This document shows, in pieces, positions 39,122-48,383 of a stretch of 64,000 nucleotides of DNA; positions within the stretch are counted from its first letter, which is position 1, and each line of letters starts with the position of its first letter. The position numbers were made by a program, and so were the translations under genes. The notes under the pieces are model-generated. The model was not told where the DNA came from. It saw only the letters and a program-made list of their open reading frames with translations, and made no database searches. This DNA comes from a virus (lineage: Duplodnaviria > Caudoviricetes), in IMG/VR virus record IMGVR_UViG_3300031994_000006, positions 96,001-160,000 of that record. One strand, written 5' to 3'.

Positions 39122-41239
39122 TTATTTGTTATAAAAGCCGGGATATTTATTTTCCCTCTGCAGATAGGGGTTGGCGGCGCGGGCCTGCTGTATCGCGAGA
39201 TACGGATTGGGCGGACGCCTGTAGTTCAGGTACGGATTCGACACGTCCGGCTTGGAAACCGGATTATCGTACGGCCTTCCGTATCCGTCCTTGTACACGG
39301 CATTGAAGGTCTCGTCCGACATCTTGTCCGGATCGTCGTCGATGGCCTGTTTGAGCAGCAGCGCCATAATGAGCTTGCGGGCCGTCGTCTTCATCTGGCT
39401 GAAGTAGTCGAGGAGCCAGTCGATGAACTCGGTCTGCTCATCGTCTATCGCCCTGGGTACGTTCATGACCGTCATCGCGATATCGTCGTGCAGGTCGACA
39501 CCTTCATACTTGAATTTCTTGCCGTCCTTGGACTTGATCTTTCCGAATGACGCGAGCTGCTCGATGGAACTCTGGTTATTCTCGCGCTTGTCAATCTGCG
39601 ACACGATGATCTGGCGCTTGGTGATCATCCTCGCGGCGGTCTCGCAGAAATGGGCCTTGGACCTGGTGCTTTCCTCGCCGCCGCCGGTCGTCAGGAATCC
39701 GGGCTTCTTAATCTGGACCTGTCCCGGTATCGGCTTCCTGTGGAACGTCTTGATGATCAGCGCCTCATAGTACTGATCGTGCGACTTGAACGTGTTGACG
39801 AAGTTCTTTCCGTTGAAGTTCATCTCGACGAGCATCCTGACGTTGTCGACGGATCCCTGTCCGGCATGGAGCACGCGGTATACCAGGTACCGGAGCGCCT
39901 TGGCCATCTCCTCCTCGTCCTGGGTGTTGTCTATGTAGACGCCGACCTGACGGAACCTGAAACAGTCGCTTATCTTGATGTGCTTGTCGGCCGCGAACCT
40001 CTTCACATGGAACGGGTTCATCAGCTCTATGCGGAATATGTTGGCGATATTGTAGTCCGACTGCGGATGTCCGTCCACAAGCTGCTCCGAGCCCTCGGCC
40101 GTGTCTATCGATATGAGGTACCTCTCGCCGAGCCTGTCGACTGAGTTCGGATCGAATCCGGGCAGCCACCTGAACTTGTCGGAGTACTCCTTCGGCATGA
40201 CGGGCATGTCGACGGGCTGGAAGTCCCTGGCGATGCGGTACATGAACCTGAGGTCGGTCGAGCGTATGAGCTTGTTGGCCTGTACGTCGAACGACAGGTT
40301 GAACTCCTGCTCGAACTCCTCGTCGCCGAAGTCCTTGCGCATCTGCTCGCCCCATTTCTCGTCGTAGACCTGCTCCCAGCGGGCCAGGAATGTCACGAAG
40401 CTGTTCTCATGCTTGTTCGCCTTGTCCCAGATCTCATAGAACTTATTCTTCTTTCCTCGGGGCGTGCTCGTCATGATGAGCTTCGACACCTTGGAGGACG
40501 ACAGTGTCGGGAAGACGGCGGTCCAGAACGCGCCCATGATGTTCTGCGGTATAAGCGCGGCCTCGTCGATGTACAGCAGGTGGATGGTGAAACCGATTGA
40601 CGGGGTCTTCGACGTCGCGAATCCCTGCATGAAGGTTCCGTTCTCGAATCCGATGAACGACATGTTCTTCTTGAGGATTCCCGGCTTGAGCCAGAACGGC
40701 AGGTGCTGTATCATCTTGGTCATCTTGCGGATGATCTCGTTCACGGTGCTTCCCTTGTTCGCCACGATAGCCAGGTGACGCTCGGGGTGGAAAAGCATGT
40801 ACCAGACGAACACGGCGCCCGTGGTGGTCGTCTTTCCGAGCTGACGGGACTGCATCGATATGAGGAACCTGTGATCCGGGACGAACTCACCGAGCTCGGG
40901 GTCGTAGAACTCGTCGGCCGCCAGGTGTATGAACTCCTTCTGATAGTCGCGCAGCTGCACGAGCGTGACGCCGTTGTCGTTCTCGAACTTTATGTAGTTG
41001 CTTATGAAGTATACGGGATCGGCCTGGCACCGCTTCCATTCCTCAAGTTCCTCGTCGGTATACTCGAAGAGGATGCCGGGCGCCCGGAAGTCCATGTCTC
41101 CCGTGAAGAAGGGATCCATGTCGATGTCGTAGCCGTGGTTCAGGTCGTCTTTCATCTCGTTGATGATCTTCGTCGAATAGACCTTCGCCAGTTTCTTCTC
41201 TTCCTGTTTGTTGTTGTACTTATCAGCTGCAGCTCCCAT
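39122..41239 (-). CDS. terL: Terminase large subunit, T4 gp17-like
   Basis: EEWKRCQADPVYF, LRDYQ, Walker A SRQLGKTTT, Walker B LLYIDEAA, TSTP, nuclease SIDTAEG and HDDIAM. Confidence 0.95.
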   Translation of the reverse strand: MGAAADKYNNKQEEKKLAKVYSTKIINEMKDDLNHGYDIDMDPFFTGDMDFRAPGILFEYTDEELEEWKRCQADPVYFISNYIKFENDNGVTLVQLRDYQKEFIHLAADEFYDPELGEFVPDHRFLISMQSRQLGKTTTTGAVFVWYMLFHPERHLAIVANKGSTVNEIIRKMTKMIQHLPFWLKPGILKKNMSFIGFENGTFMQGFATSKTPSIGFTIHLLYIDEAALIPQNIMGAFWTAVFPTLSSSKVSKLIMTSTPRGKKNKFYEIWDKANKHENSFVTFLARWEQVYDEKWGEQMRKDFGDEEFEQEFNLSFDVQANKLIRSTDLRFMYRIARDFQPVDMPVMPKEYSDKFRWLPGFDPNSVDRLGERYLISIDTAEGSEQLVDGHPQSDYNIANIFRIELMNPFHVKRFAADKHIKISDCFRFRQVGVYIDNTQDEEEMAKALRYLVYRVLHAGQGSVDNVRMLVEMNFNGKNFVNTFKSHDQYYEALIIKTFHRKPIPGQVQIKKPGFLTTGGGEESTRSKAHFCETAARMITKRQIIVSQIDKRENNQSSIEQLASFGKIKSKDGKKFKYEGVDLHDDIAMTVMNVPRAIDDEQTEFIDWLLDYFSQMKTTARKLIMALLLKQAIDDDPDKMSDETFNAVYKDGYGRPYDNPVSKPDVSNPYLNYRRPPNPYLAIQQARAANPYLQRENKYPGFYNK

Positions 41240-41278
41240 ATGAAAGGGTCTTATTTTGCTGCATATCTATTCAAAAAG

Positions 41279-41308
41279 AAAAACCCGGGTATCTCACGAC
41301 ACCCGGGA
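41279..41308 (-). terminator. Terminator separating the upstream early genes from the terminase operon
   Basis: Minus strand CCCGGGTGTC-GTGA-GATACCCGGG-TTTTT; late-type AATAGATA follows at 41264-41271. Confidence 0.7.
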
Positions 41309-41359
41309 ACTACTAAAAATGAAACAAAAATTACCCTTCAGAAATATGTCAATCAATAA

Positions 41360-41605
41360 TCAGTCATCGTCCTTATACGACGCAGGCCTGTCATAGATTT
41401 CATAGGCCCGTTTCGCGGCCTGCTCGCGGTCAAGCTTGCCGGTACTGAACTGCCTGACGAGCTCAAGGAGTTCACGCTCGCGGTTGTGTGACTCATTCAC
41501 GATATCGCGGATGATCTTCCGGTCATTGCTTACCGAAAAGTATTTGATGACGAACATCAGCACCGCGGCTCCCGCGACTATTGAAACTATAAGGACTGCT
41601 ATCAT
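41360..41605 (-). CDS. Small protein with N-terminal TM helix
   Basis: MIAVLIVSIVAGAAVLMFVI. Confidence 0.7.
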   Translation of the reverse strand: MIAVLIVSIVAGAAVLMFVIKYFSVSNDRKIIRDIVNESHNRERELLELVRQFSTGKLDREQAAKRAYEIYDRPASYKDDD

Positions 41606-41639
41606 AATCTTACTATTATAAATTTTATACGCGTAAAGC

Positions 41640-41846
41640 CTATTGAGGCCCCTTCTCGGATGCGGGATGCTGTCTCAGCCAGTCATAGATGCCGTCGGCG
41701 AGCGCCTGCATCTCAGCCCTGCCGAGGTTCGGCAGCTGATGTGTATACGAGCCGTTCCTCACGCCTACGGTGATGTTTCTGCCGAGACGGTCCGCGCCGT
41801 CGGCCCATTCGACGACGGGCACGTATTTGTTCTCTCTTTCTTTCAT
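41640..41846 (-). CDS. Hypothetical protein
   Basis: In operon. Confidence 0.65.
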   Translation of the reverse strand: MKERENKYVPVVEWADGADRLGRNITVGVRNGSYTHQLPNLGRAEMQALADGIYDWLRQHPASEKGPQ

Positions 41847-41848
41847 AA

Positions 41849-42340
41849 TCAGTCATGTTTTACGGAACACGACCAGTATAGCCGGTTCCTGTTCTTGTTG
41901 ACAAGCTCATCCTTCAGTATCTCAGCCTCCCTGTTGGACAGGCCGTCCTTATACAGGTATTCGCCGCAGTCGTCGAAATATGTCACGACTTTCCATATCC
42001 TCCCGGCCGGCCAGGTCTCCCTGAACCTCTTCTCGGCTGTCTTGACGGCCTCATGGACGTCCGTAGTCCAGAAGGTGTCATGATCCCCTTTCAGGCATTT
42101 CTCGATATATTCGATTGAAAACTCATGACAGCCGTTGAGGCCCGTCCTGCCTTCATCCTGCCTCAGGGTGAACTCACGGTTGCCGAAACCGTCATACTCC
42201 GTCAGGCCGGTAATGACCCTGATCCTATAGGAACGTCTGCCGCGGTCATCAGGCTTGCCGGACTCCGGCAGGACAAGGGTATTCTCCTCAATACACCCGT
42301 TATGCCACACTATATACAGCTTCTCCGGATATTCCATCAT
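41849..42340 (-). CDS. Hypothetical protein
   Basis: Start taken at MMEYPE (ATGA overlap with the upstream stop). Confidence 0.65.
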   Translation of the reverse strand: MMEYPEKLYIVWHNGCIEENTLVLPESGKPDDRGRRSYRIRVITGLTEYDGFGNREFTLRQDEGRTGLNGCHEFSIEYIEKCLKGDHDTFWTTDVHEAVKTAEKRFRETWPAGRIWKVVTYFDDCGEYLYKDGLSNREAEILKDELVNKNRNRLYWSCSVKHD

Positions 42341-42681
42341 TGTCCTAAACTGTGTAAAAGTTCGCTGTTGATACGTCCAGCGCGCATCAGGCGCATCATG
42401 CTTCTCCGGACATGATTCATCTCCCAGGGCAAATCGGAAAAATTGCCCCATACGTCCATGGTTATCTTCACCTCCTTGCCCGGCTTGTCGTTTGAATCAC
42501 GATGTCCGATGAAATAGAATCTGTCGAGGATCGACCTGTCCTTATTCTTAATGATATGCTCGATGACGTTTTCGCGAATTCGGTTTACCTGGTCTATGGA
42601 AACGTCGCCGACGAATTTACCATCTACAAAATACTTAATCGTATTATCCGTTATTTCAGGAATTTCAAAAACCTTTTCCAT
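42337..42681 (-). CDS. Hypothetical protein
   Basis: In operon; relatively AT-rich. Confidence 0.7.
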   Translation of the reverse strand: MEKVFEIPEITDNTIKYFVDGKFVGDVSIDQVNRIRENVIEHIIKNKDRSILDRFYFIGHRDSNDKPGKEVKITMDVWGNFSDLPWEMNHVRRSMMRLMRAGRINSELLHSLGQ

Positions 42682-42702
42682 AATTTAAATATTGTATCAA
42701 AA

Positions 42703-43164
42703 TTATTGCTCGAGTTTGAATCTGTAGCACTTCTCGCTGTTGCAGTGGCTCTTGCACCACTCCCTGTTGCTCGTACGGCCCTTGCGGTGTACGCAGCGTC
42801 CGCAGCACGGCCCCGTGAATACGTCACCGTATCTCGGCTCGGGTATATCAAGCCACGCATACGGATTGGTGATCACATGTACCGTATTCTCCTCAGGGAA
42901 CACCGACAGGCCGATACGGTTCTCGACCGCCTCCTTCAGGCTCTTCGGATTCCCCATGGCGATGTAGTCGCCGGTCTCCAGGGCGCCGTCGAGGTACGTC
43001 TGCTCGATCGAGTCGTCGAACGGACTGCCTTCCTTCGGGTATACTGTCGTCAGCACCGTGTCCTTCTCGGCGTCATAGCCGCGGACCTCGAAGTGATCCA
43101 CTATCGATTTGAATGACGGGCGGAACTCAAACCCGATCCCGTATCTGCATTTCTTTGCTTCCAT
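42703..43164 (-). CDS. Hypothetical protein with Cys-rich C-terminus
   Basis: CCGRCVH...WCKSHC...CY. Confidence 0.7.
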   Translation of the reverse strand: MEAKKCRYGIGFEFRPSFKSIVDHFEVRGYDAEKDTVLTTVYPKEGSPFDDSIEQTYLDGALETGDYIAMGNPKSLKEAVENRIGLSVFPEENTVHVITNPYAWLDIPEPRYGDVFTGPCCGRCVHRKGRTSNREWCKSHCNSEKCYRFKLEQ

Positions 43165-43177
43165 ATCGTGTCAGAAT

Positions 43178-44479
43178 TTAAAACCTTGAAAACAGCTCAT
43201 GGAGCTTGAACTCATCCATTTGGGCCAGCTTATACGCCGTTACGGGCTTTCTCTCCTCCGTTACGCGGGGTGCCGTGACGATTCCCTTCGGCCAGCACTT
43301 GCGGATATACCTGCAGATGACGTCGACCTGTTCCTTTGTCGGCACATATGCCCAGGGGAGGTCCATGTCCTTGGACGACTTGAAGCATCCGTAGACCTCG
43401 TCGTGGTGTATCTTGATCCAGCCATGATGCTCGAGCCACTGGTCGGGATCTTCGCCCTTGAAGCTGCCGTCGAGCCCGGTGATCTCATGGATGCCGTCGG
43501 CCTCCATCGCGGCACGGTACTTGCCTTTGTACAGGGACTCGGCCAGGCTCAGGTGCAGGAATGCGCCCGTTTCTCCGTTGGCGCCGTAGAACACACCCTC
43601 AGGACTGAGCCATCCGGCGTCGTATCCGAGCTCGATATTTTTGGGCAGTATGCCGTCGTCGAGCCACTGCCTGGTCACCTTGAACTTCTTCAACAGGGGC
43701 ATGACGGACTTCTGCATGGCATGTATCTCAGTCATCGCCATGGGCACCTTGTACTGTCCCTTCATGAACTCCGTCAGGAACAGGCAGCCGCGTTCCTCCT
43801 CATCGACATGGTTCGGCAGGATCCCGTTGAGATTCACGATACCGTTCTCATTGAGCCACTCGGACACCGTCAGCCAGTCCCTGAAGTCCTTGATCAGCTG
43901 ACGGATGTGGAGGAAGTACAGGGCGGATCCGTACATGACCGAATCGGACTGATCCGCACGGCCCTTCTCTTCCTCGTCGTCGATGACCCTTTGTTCAAGA
44001 CGTTCGAAAACCTCGTCTATCTTGTGATAACTGTTACCCCGGCCGGACTTGATGACGCGGCAGACGGCGTTGCGGATGCCGTCGGGACCGTAAACCTCCA
44101 GGTCGATATAGTCGGCGGTCACGCCTCCGCGATACAGGCGGCTCTTGTCCCTGAAGATGGAGTCACGCAGCGCCTCAAGGCGGCTGTAGCGGTCCTTCAG
44201 GATCATAGGCCAGTCGGACATGTTCTGCCTGTTCTCGTCCAGGACCTTCGGATCGTCCGTCAGGTTGACGGATCCGTTATCGGCGGCGACAATCGCGGCC
44301 TCGTTCTTCAGTACCATCAGGGCATACTCACGGGTGAATCCGTGGAATCCCTCGATATAGTTCTTAATCGCACGCTCGGGATCGCCGTCCTTGATGCATT
44401 CCTGTGCGATCTCCAGCATCACCTTGCCGATATTCCTACCGACGGACATGTGCATCTGGGTTGTCTTCTTCTCTGCCAT
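43178..44479 (-). CDS. 433-aa hypothetical protein
   Basis: Codon usage fits the minus strand; C-terminal GWLSPEG.FY...H...GWIKIH motif. Confidence 0.75.
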   Translation of the reverse strand: MAEKKTTQMHMSVGRNIGKVMLEIAQECIKDGDPERAIKNYIEGFHGFTREYALMVLKNEAAIVAADNGSVNLTDDPKVLDENRQNMSDWPMILKDRYSRLEALRDSIFRDKSRLYRGGVTADYIDLEVYGPDGIRNAVCRVIKSGRGNSYHKIDEVFERLEQRVIDDEEEKGRADQSDSVMYGSALYFLHIRQLIKDFRDWLTVSEWLNENGIVNLNGILPNHVDEEERGCLFLTEFMKGQYKVPMAMTEIHAMQKSVMPLLKKFKVTRQWLDDGILPKNIELGYDAGWLSPEGVFYGANGETGAFLHLSLAESLYKGKYRAAMEADGIHEITGLDGSFKGEDPDQWLEHHGWIKIHHDEVYGCFKSSKDMDLPWAYVPTKEQVDVICRYIRKCWPKGIVTAPRVTEERKPVTAYKLAQMDEFKLHELFSRF

Positions 44480-44497
44480 AACCGTAACCGATTTTAA

Positions 44498-44776
44498 TTA
44501 AGACATCATGTTCTTGATTCTCGGATGATTGGTCGCGCTCTCCACGAGAAACACGCCATTGGCGGATTTCACGAGAAGGTTACCGTCATGGAACTCATTG
44601 ATAAGCTCCACCTTGCCGGTGTCCATCATCTGACCCTGTGAGAGAATGCCGTTGGAATAAAGGCTGAAATTACCGCCGCCGTCGATACAGCCGCGGGCGA
44701 TGTTTCCGCTTTCTGTGACAAAGTAACGATCCTTGCCGCATGCGATTGACTTGTCGTATAAATCCCTGTTAATCAT
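44498..44776 (-). CDS. Hypothetical protein, first gene after cassette 4
   Basis: Starts 25 nt after TATCTTTGC. Confidence 0.7.
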   Translation of the reverse strand: MINRDLYDKSIACGKDRYFVTESGNIARGCIDGGGNFSLYSNGILSQGQMMDTGKVELINEFHDGNLLVKSANGVFLVESATNHPRIKNMMS

Positions 44777-44800
44777 AACTCATCATTTTTAAATTATACC

Positions 44801-44858
44801 GCAAAGATAGCATGTTTTCCCCAAAATAAAAAATCCTGCAGCGTTATTCTGCAGGATT
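44801..44858 (-). promoter_or_regulatory. Terminator/promoter cassette copy 4
   Basis: Same hairpin, 22 nt, TATCTTTGC. Confidence 0.8.
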
Positions 44859-44879
44859 TAGCATTCATAGGCAAACGGC

Positions 44880-45128
44880 CTAATACTCGTCATCGCCCTT
44901 GCCGTAGACGGCGGTCAGTCCGCCCTCGGCGATGTTCTTGATCTTCCAGTCGCACATAACTCCTTCCATGTGCTTCTTGACCTTGGCCTCAACATCCTTG
45001 AAGTTATCGCCGTAAACGACGTGCTTCTCGGTCGTGCGCTTGACCTTGCCGTTGTCTTTCTCCTCTTCAATGATCACAGTCACGTTGTAGAACTGCGCAT
45101 TGTAGAACTTGTCGTCTAAGTCTGCCAT
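44880..45128 (-). CDS. DUF4494-like protein (Bacteroidota-associated family)
   Basis: FYNVTV..E.DNGKVKRTTEKHVV.G.NF.DVEAKV pattern recalled from DUF4494. Confidence 0.6.
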   Translation of the reverse strand: MADLDDKFYNAQFYNVTVIIEEEKDNGKVKRTTEKHVVYGDNFKDVEAKVKKHMEGVMCDWKIKNIAEGGLTAVYGKGDDEY

Positions 45129-45649
45129 TATCTTTTGAAATTAGGTTTGTGTATTCTTCTGTTGAACCTGTCGAATCTCCTCAGGTTCGAGCCCTTCCTG
45201 TCCTGGAAATACTGGCATACCTTCAGCTCCTTGTCGTATATGTAGCCGCAGTATGTGCGATCATCCTTATAATACAGGATGATACGGCGTCCGTCCTCCT
45301 GTACGGAATATTCATATCGGTGATCGACCGGGAACCTGAACGGGCCGCCGACTGCGATTGACCTGGCGTCGACTACGGCCTTGGTCCTGTCCTTGTCCGT
45401 ACGGATGACGATCCTGTCGGTATGGGGGAGCTCGAACATATAGAAGTTACTGCCGAGATCCACTGCGTTGGCAGGCATCCTGTCTGCGGGGATCTCAAAG
45501 GGCAGGTTGACGTACACCTTCTCAATCGACAGCGTCTCAGTCTCGGTAAAGGCCGACGTGTCGATGAAGGTCATGGGATTTCCGGGCAGCTGCGCATACA
45601 CAAGTACGGCAGCGAACAGCACGGAAAGGGTTGTCAATAGTCTTTTCAT
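45128..45649 (-). CDS. Protein with predicted signal peptide
   Basis: MKRLLTTLSVLFAAVLVYA/Q; Gln after the cleavage site is typical of Bacteroidota. Confidence 0.7.
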   Translation of the reverse strand: MKRLLTTLSVLFAAVLVYAQLPGNPMTFIDTSAFTETETLSIEKVYVNLPFEIPADRMPANAVDLGSNFYMFELPHTDRIVIRTDKDRTKAVVDARSIAVGGPFRFPVDHRYEYSVQEDGRRIILYYKDDRTYCGYIYDKELKVCQYFQDRKGSNLRRFDRFNRRIHKPNFKR

Positions 45650-45661
45650 GAAATACGCTTT

Positions 45662-46006
45662 TTAGGGTAAAATCAATCCGCCGTCCTTTTTCTCATCGGA
45701 AGGCTTTTTATCAGAATCGGGATCCTTGGTGATTTTTGCATACGCTTCCATGAATCCCTTATCCGCCTTGAGGAACGGGGCAAGCTCGCCGCATTTAGAG
45801 CATACCATAACCGGCAGCATGTCCGCAGGTACCGGAGCTTCCTTCATATCAGGCTGTCCGATGAACAGCCCGGGAATCTTCTTCACGACATAGGCATACG
45901 TGAACAGCTGGCATCCGCATCCGCATTTGTAACTCGGATACTCGGACAGCCGAAGCGTCTGCGGCTTCGGCTGTCCTATCAGGAGATCATCCTTCTTCGG
46001 CATCAC
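45662..46006 (-). CDS. Zinc-ribbon protein
   Basis: CGCGC and CSKCG pairs. Confidence 0.7.
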   Translation of the reverse strand: MMPKKDDLLIGQPKPQTLRLSEYPSYKCGCGCQLFTYAYVVKKIPGLFIGQPDMKEAPVPADMLPVMVCSKCGELAPFLKADKGFMEAYAKITKDPDSDKKPSDEKKDGGLILP

Positions 46007-47346
46007 TTCTTGGATTTATTAAGGGATTTCAAATCCTCAAGTGATACAGATCTGCCGGTGAATCCGGCCTCTCCTGACGCCTTCATGCGTGCGGCATGCT
46101 CGGCCTCGCGCTTCTCGTCCTCGATCTTCTGCAGACGCTCACGCTCCTCGATGATCGGCTTGCGTACGGACGCCGGCATGTCGCTCAGCACGATACGGTC
46201 GTTACCGCGGTCGTCCTTGGTGATGTCGTAGATATAGACGTCGATCTTCTCGCCCGCCTCCACCTGACCGGCCTCCAGGCGCTCCAGGAGCTCAGGTGAG
46301 GCGTACATGCCGTGCAGGAGTCCTGTGAAGAACTCGTTCAGTTCGACGAATGCGCCGAACGGCTTCGCACCGGTAATCGTACCGCTCCAGACGGCGTCCT
46401 TGTCCGCGAGCCACTTGGCCTTTAGGCCCTTGATGAGACGGGGCATCTCGTGACGCAGCCAGCGCTTGCGGCTGACGATGAAGCCGTTGCGCTTGTCATA
46501 GCCCTCGATCATCACCTCAAGGTCCTTGCCGACCAGCGCCTCGAAGTCGCTGATACGGTTGGTCGCGGCCTGTGAGCCGGGCAGGAACGCGCGGATGCCG
46601 CGAATGGTCACGATATAGCCGCCGCGATTGGACGACTCAATATGGGCCATATAGTAGTTATGGGCCTTGTCGCCGAGCGCGATCTGCTCCATGAACTCCT
46701 GTTCGGTCTGGTAGGTGATGCCGTCCCAGAGCGACGCACGGCCGTTCTTGTTGACGCGGGCCAGGAAGCCGCGGCTTGTAAAGTCGGCACGTCCCTCCGG
46801 TGTGCTGAAGAGCTCCTTGAACTGTCCCTTATCGGCGTTGAAGAGCTCGAAGAACTTGCTCTCATGTGCAAGGTTGACTACTGCGGCCTGACCGATGGCG
46901 GTCGATACCAGGAGCTCGTCGCCTCCGAGAAGCTGCACGTTGTCAATGCGGATGACGGATCCGGCCTCGGTATCCTTGCCAGCGGCTCCCTCCTCGAATC
47001 CGAAGGCGTCGAATGACTGCGCATACTTGTTGTATACCTTGGCGGCGTAAGACTCGTGACAGAACACGACGTCGCCCTCGTGTGTCTTCACCTTGGTATT
47101 GGGCTTCATGCCACGGCCGTTCCAGGCCTCATAGGTATCCCAGTCGAACTCTTCAGGAGTGGGATACTGCGGGAGGGGCTGACCCCTCAGGATAAGATTC
47201 GTACGGATGATCGGCTCATGCACGACAATCGGTTTCTTGGCCGTCTCCTTACGATCCTTCTCGTGTCTGTCGCGTTTCCCGCGGCCGCGGCGTTCACGTA
47301 CTGCCGCATCCTGGGATGCGTTTCTTGCGTTTTGTAATGCTGACAT
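46003..47346 (-). CDS. Ribosomal protein S1-like protein (two clear S1 domains)
   Basis: NRGGYIVTIRGIRAFLPGSQ...VSRK and GTITGAKPFGAFVEL...GLLH...RIVLS. Confidence 0.85.
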   Translation of the reverse strand: MSALQNARNASQDAAVRERRGRGKRDRHEKDRKETAKKPIVVHEPIIRTNLILRGQPLPQYPTPEEFDWDTYEAWNGRGMKPNTKVKTHEGDVVFCHESYAAKVYNKYAQSFDAFGFEEGAAGKDTEAGSVIRIDNVQLLGGDELLVSTAIGQAAVVNLAHESKFFELFNADKGQFKELFSTPEGRADFTSRGFLARVNKNGRASLWDGITYQTEQEFMEQIALGDKAHNYYMAHIESSNRGGYIVTIRGIRAFLPGSQAATNRISDFEALVGKDLEVMIEGYDKRNGFIVSRKRWLRHEMPRLIKGLKAKWLADKDAVWSGTITGAKPFGAFVELNEFFTGLLHGMYASPELLERLEAGQVEAGEKIDVYIYDITKDDRGNDRIVLSDMPASVRKPIIEERERLQKIEDEKREAEHAARMKASGEAGFTGRSVSLEDLKSLNKSKK

Positions 47347-47391
47347 TCAAAATCAGATTAAAAGGGTAAAACAATAAAATTAACTGTAAAG

Positions 47392-47420
47392 ATTAAACGC
47401 CGCAAGGCCGGAAGGGTCAT
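47392..47420 (-). promoter_or_regulatory. ECF-like promoter ATGACC-N15-CGTTTAAT
   Basis: Upstream of the S1-like gene; both elements identical to the 18423 site. Confidence 0.6.
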
Positions 47421-47440
47421 CTCCCGGCCGCGGAATTTTC

Positions 47441-48325
47441 TCAGATTTCATAGTCGTCCTGATCAGGAGCGATATTGTCGACCTTAGCGATAACGGACTG
47501 GGTGCCGGTGCCTATGGTCTCGACACACAGCTTCATGGGATCCGTGACGGACATCGTGAGCACGGCCGGATTCATGCCGGTGGTCTTGAAGCACAGGATG
47601 AACTTGTCGCGCATGACGGGCACGATGATATCCTGCCAGTCAGTCAGCTCGGTCTCGATCTCGCCGACGAGATAGTCGAACGTGTTCTTCTTGTCCTTCA
47701 CGTACATGACGCGCTTGCCGTCCTCGGTCTTCGAATAGAAGAACAGGAGGTTCTCGGTGGACTGCGTCTGCTTGAAGATCTCAGAGAACGCGAGGATGTT
47801 CTTGACGACGTCGGACGACACGGTTACGCTCACGGGATCCGGGTTGGGCCAGACGCCGTTCTTGAATTTGTCGTCCGAAATGACGATGAACTCGGAAATC
47901 AGGAAGCACTTCATCTTCATGCGGAGGCTCTTCGAGCGGAAACGGACGTTGTCGGTCTGCAGCATCTCATTGCCCTGGCTGTCCTGTCCGGGACCGAAGT
48001 TGAAGGTCATAGTGAACTCGTCGGCGGTGGCGAACGCCTTGAACACGGCGACGAACTTGGAGAAGATCTTCAGGATACCGGCATAGACGATATCGGTCAG
48101 GCCGTCGGGAATGACAGCCTCAAGGCCGGCCATCTCAAAGGAGATCTCGCCGCGGCGGACGAGCGCCTGATCCTGCGTGAACACCTTGGCGCAGAAGCAC
48201 TTCGCGGCCGGGTTAATCTCAAGGAGTACGCTGTTGTCAGACACGTCCCCTTCAAACTGCTCAAGCCATGACGTGAAATCGTTGACGTTCGCGCCAGACT
48301 TTTTGATGAATTCGATTTTCTGCAT
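47441..48325 (-). CDS. Possible DNA sliding clamp-like protein
   Basis: About 294 aa with an alternating helix/strand pattern resembling PCNA/gp45; function is a weak inference; start taken at MQKIEF. Confidence 0.4.
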   Translation of the reverse strand: MQKIEFIKKSGANVNDFTSWLEQFEGDVSDNSVLLEINPAAKCFCAKVFTQDQALVRRGEISFEMAGLEAVIPDGLTDIVYAGILKIFSKFVAVFKAFATADEFTMTFNFGPGQDSQGNEMLQTDNVRFRSKSLRMKMKCFLISEFIVISDDKFKNGVWPNPDPVSVTVSSDVVKNILAFSEIFKQTQSTENLLFFYSKTEDGKRVMYVKDKKNTFDYLVGEIETELTDWQDIIVPVMRDKFILCFKTTGMNPAVLTMSVTDPMKLCVETIGTGTQSVIAKVDNIAPDQDDYEI

Positions 48326-48354
48326 TGTATAATCAGATTGGTGATTTCTCATTC

Positions 48355-48383
48355 ATTTAACGCGGCCCGGGCCGGAGAGTCAC
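48355..48383 (-). promoter_or_regulatory. ECF-like promoter GTGACT-N15-CGTTAAAT
   Basis: Matches the recurrent motif. Confidence 0.6.

Noticed and set aside
43199-44497. Long antisense ORFs (also 22985-24460, 60949-62175, 13093-14199, 15742-16899, 51931-52809)
   Set aside because: Shadow frames of GC3-rich sense genes; no start context or motifs
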